Source: Candidatus Eiseniibacteriota bacterium (lineage in GTDB: Bacteria; Eisenbacteria; RBG-16-71-46). From it: DNA of 28,639 bases. Position numbers and translations under genes: made by a program. The notes below the pieces were generated by a model. It did not search any database, was not told where the DNA came from, and was given only the letters and a program-made list of their open reading frames with translations. Location: the NCBI GenBank assembly GCA_031364845.1, contig JANLWX010000123.1, positions 1 through 28,639 on the forward strand, written 5' to 3'. Each line of letters starts with the position of its first letter. The first letter of the stretch is position 1. Positions 1 through 9,180 of the stretch are shown one piece after another.

Positions 1-138
1 TGTTCGTCAGCCCGTCGGTTCGTTCCCCGCTTCCTTCAGACGCTCCCTCACGGTTGCGCCCTTGCGGTTCCCTTGAGTCCCTGTGACCAAGTCCTCGGAG
101 GACTTACACCTCCAAGTCAGCGCCCATGCTGGGCGTAC
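1..138 (-). mobile_element. Group II intron (class IIC-like), 5' end/domain I, truncated by the window edge
   Basis: Minus strand from 138 reads GTACGCCCAGCATGGGCGC...GGAGGTGTAAGTCCTCC...CGCAAGGG...TCTGAAGGAAGCGG...CTGACGAACA. This is in register with the class IIC 5' end pattern (GTGYGCCCGGCATGGG...GGTGAGAGTCC...CGCAAGGG...TCTGAAGGAAGCGG...CTGAGGAACA), and a hairpin lies immediately 5'. RT ORF and domains V/VI are outside the window. Confidence 0.85.
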
Positions 139-139
139 C

Positions 140-185
140 ACCGAGGGCGCGAGGGCCGTAGAGGCCATCGCGCCCTCGGTATTTG
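140..185. terminator. GC-rich hairpin: likely terminator and intron target structure
   Basis: ACCGAGGGCGCGA (140-152) pairs with TCGCGCCCTCGGT (168-180), inner GGCC/GGCC stem, loop GTAGA. Only a weak T tract (ATTTG) on the + side. Confidence 0.6.
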
Positions 186-337
186 TGGCGCTTTGCCAGT
201 GAAACGCGGGCCTTTCGGGAACTCCGCCGTGGCATGCGAAAAGTCGGTGCAAGGCGGCCACCGTGGTACTAGGCTCCACGACGGTTCGGGACAGCGACTC
301 CCGGACACCTCGTCGTCTCACATGAAGGAGGACCCCC

Positions 338-1093
338 ATGAGACCGCTCATCGTAGCCGTCGCGCTGTCGTTGCTTACGGTGTCGCAGGCCGCCGCGGAC
401 ACACCCACCGAAAAGGCCAAGTCGCCTGCATGGAACATGAACGCCACGATCATCGAGGCGTGCTCGTGCCCCATGTTCTGCCAGTGCTACTTTGCGACCA
501 AGCCCGCCGCGCATGCGGCCGCGGGTGATCACGCGGGCCACGGAGGGGACAGCGAACACTTCTGCCGCGCGAACAACGTGTTCAAGGTCAACAAAGGCAG
601 CTACGGCAAGACGAAATTGGATGGCGCCAAGTTTTGGGCCGCGATGGATCTGGGAGACGATTTCTCGGACGGCACGATGAAGTGGGTCACCGTCACGTTC
701 GATCCCGCCGTGAGCAAGGAACAGCGCGAAGGCATCGCCACGATCCTCGGGGCTCTGTATCCGGTGAAGTGGGAAACCCCGCTCGCGATCGCCGACGATC
801 TGCCGATCGAGTGGAGCCACACCGGAGATCGCGCGGTCGCGCGCCTCGACGGTGGCAAAGCCGGCGAAGTGGTGCTGAACGGCGGCAGCGTGTCGCGCGA
901 CCTGCCGGTGCCGGTCGTGATCCACAACCTCAAGTACTGGGGTGCGAAGCGCCACGACGGCTTCGTGCTGATGCCAAACGAAGTCGAGGCCTATCGTCTG
1001 GGTCCGAATGCGTTCGAGTTCAAGGGAACCAACGGCTTCATGATCACGTTCGACATCGATTCGAAGGGCACACCGGCGGCCGGCGGCCACTGA
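338..1093 (+). CDS. DUF1326-family secreted putative metal-binding protein
   Basis: SD AAGGAGG; signal peptide; EACSCPMFCQC cysteine motif; His-rich insert HAAAGDHAGHGGDSEH. Confidence 0.75.
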   Translation: MRPLIVAVALSLLTVSQAAADTPTEKAKSPAWNMNATIIEACSCPMFCQCYFATKPAAHAAAGDHAGHGGDSEHFCRANNVFKVNKGSYGKTKLDGAKFWAAMDLGDDFSDGTMKWVTVTFDPAVSKEQREGIATILGALYPVKWETPLAIADDLPIEWSHTGDRAVARLDGGKAGEVVLNGGSVSRDLPVPVVIHNLKYWGAKRHDGFVLMPNEVEAYRLGPNAFEFKGTNGFMITFDIDSKGTPAAGGH

Positions 1094-1208
1094 TCACGCG
1101 AAAGTGGCGGCCGTATTGCGGGTCGCTGCGTGATTTCACGATCGCGACGTGGGCGGTTAGGCTCCGGGTGCCTGGCCGCCCACGCCCACGTCACTCGAGG
1201 AGTTGCCC

Positions 1209-2048
1209 ATGCGCTGGAAAGATGGACGCCGCAGCGACAACGTCGAAGACCGCCGCGGTGCGATGCCGGGCCGGCTCGCATTGGGTGGCGGCGGCACGAT
1301 CATCGTGCTGTTGATCGCGGTGCTGATGGGCGCCGATCCCCGCCAGATCCTCAACCAGTTGCAGGTGTCGACTCCGGATCAGCAGATGCAGGTCGATCCG
1401 GCGCAGGAAGAGATGAAGCAGTTCATCACGGTGGTGCTCGCGGAAACCGAGGACGTGTGGCGCGAGCAGTTCCGCGCGAAGGGACAGCAGTACCAGGATC
1501 CGGGACTCGTGCTGTTCACGCAGCAGGTCGAGTCCGCTTGCGGCTCGGCGAGTTCCGCAGTCGGTCCGTTCTATTGCCCCGGCGACCAGAAGATCTACGT
1601 CGATCTGTCGTTCTACGACCTGCTCCGCCAGCGCCTCGGCGCGCCCGGAGATTTTGCACAAGCGTACGTTCTGGCCCACGAAGTCGGGCATCACGTGCAA
1701 AATCTGCTCGGCGTGAGCGAGCAGGTTCAGGCGATGCGGGCCCGGCTGAGCGAAGCGGAGTTCAATCAGCTCTCCGTGCGGCTCGAGCTGCAGGCCGACT
1801 TCTACGCCGGCGTGTGGGCGCACCACACCCAGCGTATGAAGCAGAATCTCGAGGCCGGCGACATCGAGGAGGCCCTGAACGCGGCGACCGCGATCGGCGA
1901 TGACAAGCTGCAGCAGCAGTCGCAGGGCCACGTGGTGCCGGACTCGTTCACGCACGGCACGTCGGCCCAGCGCGCGCGCTGGTTCCGGCTCGGCTACGAG
2001 ACCGGCGATGTGTCGCGCGGCGACACATTCGCCGCGCGCTCGCTGTAG
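1209..2048 (+). CDS. ypfJ: YpfJ-family neutral zinc metallopeptidase
   Basis: RRSDNVEDRR N-terminus, TM anchor, SACG..GPFYCP, HEVGHH zinc motif, ELQAD, FTHGTS. ATG 1209 follows GAGGAG. Confidence 0.9.
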   Translation: MRWKDGRRSDNVEDRRGAMPGRLALGGGGTIIVLLIAVLMGADPRQILNQLQVSTPDQQMQVDPAQEEMKQFITVVLAETEDVWREQFRAKGQQYQDPGLVLFTQQVESACGSASSAVGPFYCPGDQKIYVDLSFYDLLRQRLGAPGDFAQAYVLAHEVGHHVQNLLGVSEQVQAMRARLSEAEFNQLSVRLELQADFYAGVWAHHTQRMKQNLEAGDIEEALNAATAIGDDKLQQQSQGHVVPDSFTHGTSAQRARWFRLGYETGDVSRGDTFAARSL

Positions 2049-2051
2049 GGG

Positions 2052-2684
2052 CTAGTCAGCCTCGAGCACGTTGAACACCATCGCCGCCACCGCCGCGCCC
2101 GCGAACGGACCCGCGAGGTAGAGCCACAGGTGTCCGTAGCCGCCGGCTCCGGACAGCGCGTGAACGATCGTCGGTCCGATGCCGACGGCGGGGTTGAACG
2201 CGCCGCCCGAAATCGGTCCGCCGGCGAATGCCGCGGTCGTGATGGTGAAACCGATCGCGAGCCCGTAGAACGAATTCCCCTGGACCTTCTTCGCTGTCGC
2301 GGACGCGAGCACGACCAGCGCGAGCGCGAACGTGTAGAGGAACTCCACGAGCAGCGCCTGCGCCATGGTGGCGCTGGCGGCCGGCGCGGGCGCGAAGGTC
2401 TGGCCGAGGATGAACTTCACCGCGAACGCCGCCGCGAGGGCTCCGAGGATTTGGGAGATCCAGTACGGAATGAGCTCGGACCAGTTCAGCACGCCGCGGA
2501 TCGCGAGCGCGAGCGAGATGGCGGGGTTGTAGTTCGCCCCCGACACGTGCCCGCCCATGTAGACCATCACCATCAGCGCGCTGCCGATCGCGAGCGGGGC
2601 GAACGGGCTGCCACTCAGCACGGCGAGGCCGATCGTCAACACGAGAAAGAAGGTACCGATGAACTCGGCGAGATAGTTCTTCAT
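2052..2684 (-). CDS. MIP/aquaporin family channel
   Basis: AEFIGTF, SGANYNPA, EFLYTF, SGGAFNPAV; six hydrophobic helices. Confidence 0.93.
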   Translation of the reverse strand: MKNYLAEFIGTFFLVLTIGLAVLSGSPFAPLAIGSALMVMVYMGGHVSGANYNPAISLALAIRGVLNWSELIPYWISQILGALAAAFAVKFILGQTFAPAPAASATMAQALLVEFLYTFALALVVLASATAKKVQGNSFYGLAIGFTITTAAFAGGPISGGAFNPAVGIGPTIVHALSGAGGYGHLWLYLAGPFAGAAVAAMVFNVLEAD

Positions 2685-2725
2685 GGTGCGGCGCTCCCTT
2701 GTGATCGTGTGTGATTGACGCCGGA

Positions 2726-3439
2726 TCAGTTTCCGGCGATCGCCGTTTCGAGGGCGATGTGGATCATGGCGTCGAAACTGCTCGTGCGCTGTTCGGGCGA
2801 CATGTGCTCCTTGCGCCGGATATGATCGGAAACCGTGAGAATTCCGAGCGCGCGCGCCGAGAACTCGGCGGCGAGTCCGTAGAGCCCGGCGATCTCCATC
2901 TCGACCGCAAGCACGCCCATCGCTTCCATCACGTCGAACATCTGCGGCTGCGCGGAGTAGAACAAGTCGGACGAGAACACGTTGCCGACCCGCAAAGGGA
3001 CTCCGCTCGCGCGTGCGGCCGCGACCGCGGATTCGAGCATGCCGAAGTCGGCGACGGCGGCGAAGTCGTGATCCATGAAGCGCGTGCGGTTGACCTTGGA
3101 GTCGGTCGACGCGCCGATCGCGAGGATCACATCACCGAGTTTTAGATCGGCGCCGAGCGCGCCGCAGCTTCCGACACGGATCAGCTTCTTCACGCCGTAC
3201 TCGCGGATCAACTCGGTGGCGTAGATCGAGCACGACGGAATGCCCATCCCGTGCGCCATCACGGAGACACGCTGCCCGCGGTAGTGGCCGGTGTAGCCGT
3301 ACATGTTGCGGACTTCGGTGACGCGCCGCGGATCGGTGAGGAACTTCATCGCGATGTGCTCGGCGCGCAGCGGATCGCCCGGCATCAGCACGGCGTCCGC
3401 GAAGTCGCCCTTCTCGGCGAGCATGTGAGGAGTCGGCAT
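2726..3439 (-). CDS. deoD: Purine nucleoside phosphorylase (DeoD type)
   Basis: [37 protein letters not shown] motifs. Confidence 0.96.
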   Translation of the reverse strand: MPTPHMLAEKGDFADAVLMPGDPLRAEHIAMKFLTDPRRVTEVRNMYGYTGHYRGQRVSVMAHGMGIPSCSIYATELIREYGVKKLIRVGSCGALGADLKLGDVILAIGASTDSKVNRTRFMDHDFAAVADFGMLESAVAAARASGVPLRVGNVFSSDLFYSAQPQMFDVMEAMGVLAVEMEIAGLYGLAAEFSARALGILTVSDHIRRKEHMSPEQRTSSFDAMIHIALETAIAGN

Positions 3440-3442
3440 CGA

Positions 3443-6343
3443 TCAGCCCCGGCCCTGTTCCACCGAAGCGCCGGCGCGCAGAGCGCGCGTGTCGATCCAG
3501 TGCACGCGACGGTGGTAGAGATCGCCGTCGGCGGCGGCGAGTGCTTCCGCGCGCATGCGATGGCACGTCACCAGGATCACCTGATGATGCTCCGAAAACT
3601 GCTCGATCAGCACTCTCATCGCCGCGCGGGCACGCACATCGTCGCTGGTCGCGAAGCAGTCGTCGATCAGGAGCGGCAACGGTTCCTCGCGCGAGAGGTA
3701 TTCGCTGATCGCGAGCCGCACCGCGAGGTGGAGCTGGTCGCGCGCACCGCTCGAGAGCTGCCGCACCGCCTTGCCACGCGACACCTGCTGGCCGCGGCTC
3801 GGCTTCACCGCGAAGTCGAGATCCTCGCCGAAGCGCACCTGCTCGACGCCGGTGCCGACCGAGCCGAGCAGCTTCGCGACCCGCACGTTCAGGAAGTCCG
3901 CCCACCGCCGATGCGTTTCGAGCGCCACCTGCTGAATCGTGTCGCGAGCGAGATCGATCGCGGCCTTGAAGCGGCGCGCCCGTTCCGCGGCGCGCATCAC
4001 CTGCTCGAGCTCGGTGACCTTTTCCGGAAGCTCGCGGTGATAGCGCTGCTGCACTTCCTCGACGCGCATCCGGAGTTCGCCGCGCTCGTGATGCAGCGCA
4101 TCCAACCGTGAGCGCACCATCTCGCTCTCGCGCACCAGCTCGGCGAGACTCTGCGGTGGCCCCTGAAGCGGTTCGGCCGGGATCATGCCGGTGGCGCGCT
4201 CGATCGCCGAGTCCGCTTCGAACATCGCGACGGTCTGCTCGTTCTGCTGGAGCGTGTCGTCGTCGAGGATGCCCTGCTTCACGCGCGGCAGGATCTCGTC
4301 GACCAGCGACCGGTGCCGGCGCGCGGCGTTCGCGCGGCGCGTGACCTCGGGGGCCAGCTCGGCCCACGGTTGATCGTGATGCACGAGGCCCGCGGTTTCG
4401 AGGATGCGGCGCGCGCGGCCTTCGAGCTCCGCGAGCCGCTTGCGCACTTCGGCGAGGCGGGCGCGCGCGGACTCGACCTGTGTGGTGTGGCTCGCGTGGC
4501 GTTCGAGCGAGAGCGTGCGGGTGCGGATCGATTGCGCAGCGTGGTCGAGAAACTCGACGTCCGGCGGACTGCCGGCGCGCTCGCTCGCCGCGGCGTAGAG
4601 CGCGTCGAGTTCGGAGAGTTCGGCCGCCAGCCGCTGCACAGGCCCGCGCGCGTACTCGAGCCGAGACGCCTCGTTCCATTCGTTGAGCAGGGCACCTGCA
4701 TCCGCGCATTCGAGCGCGCGCGCCAGCGAATCGATCTGGCGCTGATTGCTTTCGCGGCGCACCTCGAGCGCATCGAGCCGTTCGCGCAAGTCCGCGCGCC
4801 GGGTCCGCGCCCCGCTGCGTTCAGCCGCGCGTGTGCGGCTCGCGACCACGAGCAGGATGAGGCCGAGCGCGATCAGCCCCGCCGCCACCGCGGCGAGCGT
4901 CACCCACGAAATCACGAGCGCGCTCGAGAACCATTGCCAGGCCGCAACGCCGGCCGCGGCAGCGCCCAGCCCCAGCGCGATCCAGGCCGGAATCGCGTAT
5001 ACCTTGCGCGCGCGGGCGACCGCGGTCAGTTCGTCTTCGGCATCCTGCAGGCGCATGCGTGATTCGGCGGTCTCGGTCTGGAGTTCGAGCGCCACCGACG
5101 GCTGCTCTTCGAGCACGCTGCGCCAGTGGGTGTCGAGTCCGCCGAAGCGCTTGTCGAGCCGCGCGATCGCCTCGTCGTCGAATCCGTCAGCGGCGAGCCG
5201 GCCTCTTTCTCGCTCGAATCCCGCGCGGCGCGCGGCCCGTTCGCCCTCGATGTGCCGCAGCTCGGCGGCGCCCTTCAGCAGCCGGGTCGCATCCTCCTCG
5301 GTGCCTTCGAACGGTGCGAGCGCCTGGAGTTCGGCCGCGAGGGCCGAGAGCGCTGCTTCGTGCTGCGCCACCTGCCCCTCGAGGTCGGCGCGCTGGCGCG
5401 CGTGTTCCTCGATGCGCGCGACGGCATCGGAGTAGGCCGCCCCCGAGTCGTGCGGCACCGACGCAAAGGGCGCGGTCGCGATCGCTTCCTGATCCAGCAT
5501 CACACGCTCGGCGCTGCTCGTGTGGTGGCGTTCGAGCCGCGCGCGCGCCTGCGCTTCGATCGCCGCGCGACGCGCCGCGTTGATGCGGCGGTCACGGTCG
5601 AGTTCGGAGCGCTCGTCCTCTTCGACGGCGGCGAGCCGTTCGATGTGCGGGCGGATCGACTCGTAGTCGTGCTCGAGCGCGTGGATCTCGGTGTCGAGCA
5701 GGCCGGCCTGGTTGTCGAGCCGCACGATCGCGTTCTCGACCTTGATCGTCGTGTCGAGCAGCGGCTCGGTGTACTTCGCCGAAGCCTCCTCCAGCACCCG
5801 CAGCGCCTCGTTCGCGCTCGAATTGCCCGCGCGCGTGTCGGCGGCGCGCTCGAGCCGAGCCTGCAGCGAATTCGCGCGGCGGTCCTTCTCGTCGGCCGGC
5901 ACGACCTGATCGAGTTCCTCCTGCCGCAGGAACGCGCACTTTTCGAACTCGTCGACGTCGAGCCCCAGCAGATGCTTGCCGACCGGATGTTCGTCGCGTC
6001 CTTCGAGGAACTTGTCGGTGAGTTCCTGGCCGCGTCCGTTCCAGACCGCGACCGTGCCGCGCTCGAAATCGCGCGTGATGGTGTAGTGCTCACCGCCGCA
6101 TTCGAGTTCGAGTTCGACGCCGAACGCTCCGCCCTCCCACGGACGCCAGCGTTCGAGCGGCGTCAGCGGGCGATGCGTGCGCCGGTCGTCGGACAATCCG
6201 TAGAGTGCCGCGACGATGGCCGCGAGCAGCGTGGACTTGCCGCGTTCGTTGTCGTCGACGACCAGCGAGAGCTTGTCCGGATCGAAGCGATGCTCGCCAC
6301 GCAGCGAGCCGAAGCCGTTGATGTTGAGCCGGAGGAGTTTCAT
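3443..6343 (-). CDS. Rad50/SbcC-like (YhaN-type) coiled-coil ABC ATPase with central TM hairpin
   Basis: Start set at MKLLRLNINGFG (ATGA overlap with upstream stop). Walker A DDNERGKST, long coiled coils, signature LSSGARDQL, Walker B LLIDD, H-loop VTCH. Confidence 0.88.
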   Translation of the reverse strand: MKLLRLNINGFGSLRGEHRFDPDKLSLVVDDNERGKSTLLAAIVAALYGLSDDRRTHRPLTPLERWRPWEGGAFGVELELECGGEHYTITRDFERGTVAVWNGRGQELTDKFLEGRDEHPVGKHLLGLDVDEFEKCAFLRQEELDQVVPADEKDRRANSLQARLERAADTRAGNSSANEALRVLEEASAKYTEPLLDTTIKVENAIVRLDNQAGLLDTEIHALEHDYESIRPHIERLAAVEEDERSELDRDRRINAARRAAIEAQARARLERHHTSSAERVMLDQEAIATAPFASVPHDSGAAYSDAVARIEEHARQRADLEGQVAQHEAALSALAAELQALAPFEGTEEDATRLLKGAAELRHIEGERAARRAGFERERGRLAADGFDDEAIARLDKRFGGLDTHWRSVLEEQPSVALELQTETAESRMRLQDAEDELTAVARARKVYAIPAWIALGLGAAAAGVAAWQWFSSALVISWVTLAAVAAGLIALGLILLVVASRTRAAERSGARTRRADLRERLDALEVRRESNQRQIDSLARALECADAGALLNEWNEASRLEYARGPVQRLAAELSELDALYAAASERAGSPPDVEFLDHAAQSIRTRTLSLERHASHTTQVESARARLAEVRKRLAELEGRARRILETAGLVHHDQPWAELAPEVTRRANAARRHRSLVDEILPRVKQGILDDDTLQQNEQTVAMFEADSAIERATGMIPAEPLQGPPQSLAELVRESEMVRSRLDALHHERGELRMRVEEVQQRYHRELPEKVTELEQVMRAAERARRFKAAIDLARDTIQQVALETHRRWADFLNVRVAKLLGSVGTGVEQVRFGEDLDFAVKPSRGQQVSRGKAVRQLSSGARDQLHLAVRLAISEYLSREEPLPLLIDDCFATSDDVRARAAMRVLIEQFSEHHQVILVTCHRMRAEALAAADGDLYHRRVHWIDTRALRAGASVEQGRG

Positions 6344-7542
6344 GCGCCGATCTCCTCCCACATCGGCGCGACTTCGCGCAGACGGAAGGCGTCGAGGCCG
6401 TAGTAGAGCGCGCGTTCGAGTGTGGCACGCGCCTCGGGATCGGTTTCGTGATCGATCCGTTCGAGCAGCACCCGCGCGAAACGGCCTTCGGTCGTCTCGT
6501 CGCTCGCGTGGCGCAGTTCGTCGAGGTTCCACTCCGGACGCATCGCGGACGTGTCGGCGCGCAGATTCCACGCGCGCCCCACCAGCGCCTCGCCCGGCGC
6601 GGACCAGCGCACGCCGCTCGTCAGACGGCCGGTCAGCCGCAGTTTCGCGAAGTCACGGTCGGCAACGCCGGCCTGATCGAGAGCCGCGAGGGCGCGGCGA
6701 TCGATCTGATCGGCGCTCGCGGCGCCGGTGACGTCGACTTCGAGCGTATGCGCGCGGCGCGTGTCGACTCCGATCGCATCGATCGCGGCCGACACCGGAC
6801 CCGAACCGTGCTCGATGCGGACTTCGAGGGCTCCGTGTCCGCCGGTCTCGGTCGCATCGAGTGCCAGCGTCGAGCCGGCGTAGGCGAAGTGGGCGTTCGA
6901 CAGCGCGCGGTGGTAGTGCCCGACGGCCATCCACGCGAACGGCGAATGCTGCGCCTCGTCGAGCGAGAACGGCGCGACCAGCTTCTGGCCCGGCGGCGTG
7001 TGGCCTTCGAGCGAGCCGTGGAACACGCCGATGTGCAGCTCGGTCACCGGCAGCGTGCCGAGCGTGGCGCGGACTTCGGAGCCGAGTGGCCGCTCGGTGG
7101 ACGCCATGCCCGGCGTGAAGCAGCGGCCCCAGATGCGCACCGGCATCTCGCCGAGACGCTTGGAGGTCCATCCCGGCGTGCCGAAGATGTGAACGTGCTC
7201 GGGCCAGCGCAGGCCGCGCGCGACGAGTGCGCGCGCGCTCCACGTCGGGCTCGTCTCCGACCACGGATCGTGATTGCCGGGCGCGATGAACACCGGCGGG
7301 CAACCCGTCATGCGGAACGCCGCGATCGCGACCGCGAGACTTTCGGCATCCACATCGACGTCGTCGAACAGGTCCCCCGGCAGCAGGATCGCGTGCGCGC
7401 CACGTTCGATCGCCAGAGCGACCGAGCGCTCGAGCGCGCGCTGCTGTTCGCGGCGGCGCTCGGCGCGGCGCTCGCGCGGCAGCCATGCGAAGCGTGCTCC
7501 CAAGTGAAGATCGGAGAACTGGAGGAACTTCACATTGGCCAC
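6340..7542 (-). CDS. Mre11/SbcD-like (YhaO-type) metallophosphoesterase nuclease
   Basis: SDLHLG, GDLFD, PGNHD, FHGS, GHYH motifs. GTG at 7542 with GAGG SD 8 nt upstream. Confidence 0.9.
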   Translation of the reverse strand: MANVKFLQFSDLHLGARFAWLPRERRAERRREQQRALERSVALAIERGAHAILLPGDLFDDVDVDAESLAVAIAAFRMTGCPPVFIAPGNHDPWSETSPTWSARALVARGLRWPEHVHIFGTPGWTSKRLGEMPVRIWGRCFTPGMASTERPLGSEVRATLGTLPVTELHIGVFHGSLEGHTPPGQKLVAPFSLDEAQHSPFAWMAVGHYHRALSNAHFAYAGSTLALDATETGGHGALEVRIEHGSGPVSAAIDAIGVDTRRAHTLEVDVTGAASADQIDRRALAALDQAGVADRDFAKLRLTGRLTSGVRWSAPGEALVGRAWNLRADTSAMRPEWNLDELRHASDETTEGRFARVLLERIDHETDPEARATLERALYYGLDAFRLREVAPMWEEIGA

Positions 7543-7742
7543 GTTCGAAACCTCGATCGAGTGATGGATGGCGCTCGCAGGCACGATACGGGGATGGCGG
7601 AAGGCGTCCCGACGCGGCATCCCTGCGGGTCGTCACGATGCTACCGCACAGTATCGTTCCGAACCGCCGCACTCAAGGCGCCGGATCGCGGCGTGGGACC
7701 AATGTGCTCAAGCCGACGGTCGCGGCGACCGAAAACGATTCC

Positions 7743-8192
7743 ATGAAACCCGCAGCCCTCGGACTGTTCGCTGCCGGCGCCGTCGCGTTCGTGGTGTCGT
7801 TGTTCATGCCGGCGAATCAGGACTGGCTGGGTTTCCTGTGGGCCGCGTTCGCCTTCGAGATCGTTTTGCGTGGCCCGCAGGGCGCTGCCGACTACACGCT
7901 GTTTCTGCTCGTGAGCGTGAGCAATCTGCTGGCGCTGGTCTCACCGTTCGCCTTCGCCGGCGCGCGTTCGGGTGGCCGCGTGGTCGCGCACCTGCTGCTG
8001 CTCGCGACGATCGGCTCGGTGGTCGCGTGCCTTCACTACCGTCCGCGAACCTGGGACGCCGGCTACTACGTCTGGTGCGGGGCGCTGGCGGCGATGACGA
8101 TCGCGATCTACATGCGCGCGGCGGCCCTGACGACCGACCAAGCCGATGTCCATCGGCTGGAGCCGCCCACCCCCCTGCGCCGCTCGGCCTGA
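7743..8192 (+). CDS. Hypothetical membrane protein (4-5 TM)
   Basis: Several hydrophobic segments, GYYVW motif in the last helix; start uncertain. Confidence 0.65.
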   Translation: MKPAALGLFAAGAVAFVVSLFMPANQDWLGFLWAAFAFEIVLRGPQGAADYTLFLLVSVSNLLALVSPFAFAGARSGGRVVAHLLLLATIGSVVACLHYRPRTWDAGYYVWCGALAAMTIAIYMRAAALTTDQADVHRLEPPTPLRRSA

Positions 8193-8336
8193 AGTTCGCC
8201 GGGACCGGCCTCGCGGGCCGGGTCTTATCTGCTGAATTCGCTCCGTAGCGCCCCGGATTCCCGGCATCCCCGCACCGCACCCCTTCGAAACGCACGGTGG
8301 CGCAGCCTCCCCGCGGCCCCTATCATCGCGGGCACG

Positions 8337-9083
8337 ATGAGCCATTCTCCCTTAGTCCTGCCGCCAGTTGCCCCGAGTGCCGCGCTTTCGCGGCGCTTCG
8401 CGTGGCCTGCCCTGCGCGTGGTCGGGTTCCTCGGTCTCATCGGCGGCCTCGCGGTCGTGGCGCTGATGTCGCAGATCGCCCGCCCGCAGCTGCTGACCGG
8501 GCTGCCGGATGATGCGGACTTGCGCGCCGCGCAGGACTTGATGCGCAATCGTACCCTTCCCGTGGAGGGCAGCCTGCGCTGGACCAGCGCGTTGCTCGGC
8601 GAAGGTGGCACGTCGGGAGCCTTCAGCACGCTCGACCGGCAGCGCGCTCAGCGCGCGGGCGAATACGTGGCGAGCACGCAGAAGCGCCGGGCGTGGGACG
8701 CGCGGGTCTCGTCGGCCGCAGCGGCGCTCGCGCTCGTGCAATCGGACTACCGCGGCGCCGAACGCGGCTACCGCGCCGCGATCGACCGCAATGCGCATTA
8801 CGGTGAGGCGCGGCTCGGGCTCGGGGTCACGCTCGCGCTGCGCGCGCGCTTCGAGCGCGGAGCCCTGCGTCCGCGGGCACTGTTGCTCGCCGCCATCGCC
8901 CAGTTCGCCGCGGTGCCCGCCCGCGATCCCGCCCGGCCGCATGCGCTGTGGAATCGCGCGATGTTGTTGCGCGAAGTCGGCCGCGAAGACGAAGCCCGCC
9001 GCGTTGCCGCCGCCTATCTCCTCATCGACGGCAAGAGCACGTGGGCCGATGCGCTGCGACGCGAGGATCTCGCGGCGCGATGA
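8337..9083 (+). CDS. Membrane-anchored TPR-like helical protein
   Basis: N-terminal TM; TPR-like patterns (AERGYRAAI..N..YGEARLGLG; ALWNRAMLL..GR.DEA). TATCAT -10-like hexamer at 8321-8326. Confidence 0.65.
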   Translation: MSHSPLVLPPVAPSAALSRRFAWPALRVVGFLGLIGGLAVVALMSQIARPQLLTGLPDDADLRAAQDLMRNRTLPVEGSLRWTSALLGEGGTSGAFSTLDRQRAQRAGEYVASTQKRRAWDARVSSAAAALALVQSDYRGAERGYRAAIDRNAHYGEARLGLGVTLALRARFERGALRPRALLLAAIAQFAAVPARDPARPHALWNRAMLLREVGREDEARRVAAAYLLIDGKSTWADALRREDLAAR

Positions 9084-9180
9084 GCCCACCTGCGCGCGCA
9101 GGGAACCGCTCCTGATCGTGGCGCGTATGAGAAGCACGGAACTCGTCCCGCACTGAATCCTGCCCCCATCGGAGACCTGC

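Noticed and set aside
7..528. ORFs 7..474 (-) and 73..528 (+)
   Set aside because: They overlap intron RNA and the DUF1326 gene and contain no recognisable motifs.
6344..6571. Long N-terminal extension of the SbcC-like ORF
   Set aside because: It overlaps the nuclease gene; ATG 6343 gives the canonical N-terminal strand and an ATGA coupling.
7700..8300. Integron cassette/attC around the small membrane gene
   Set aside because: No RYYYAAC...GTTRRRY core pair; only a short GC hairpin near 8203-8224.
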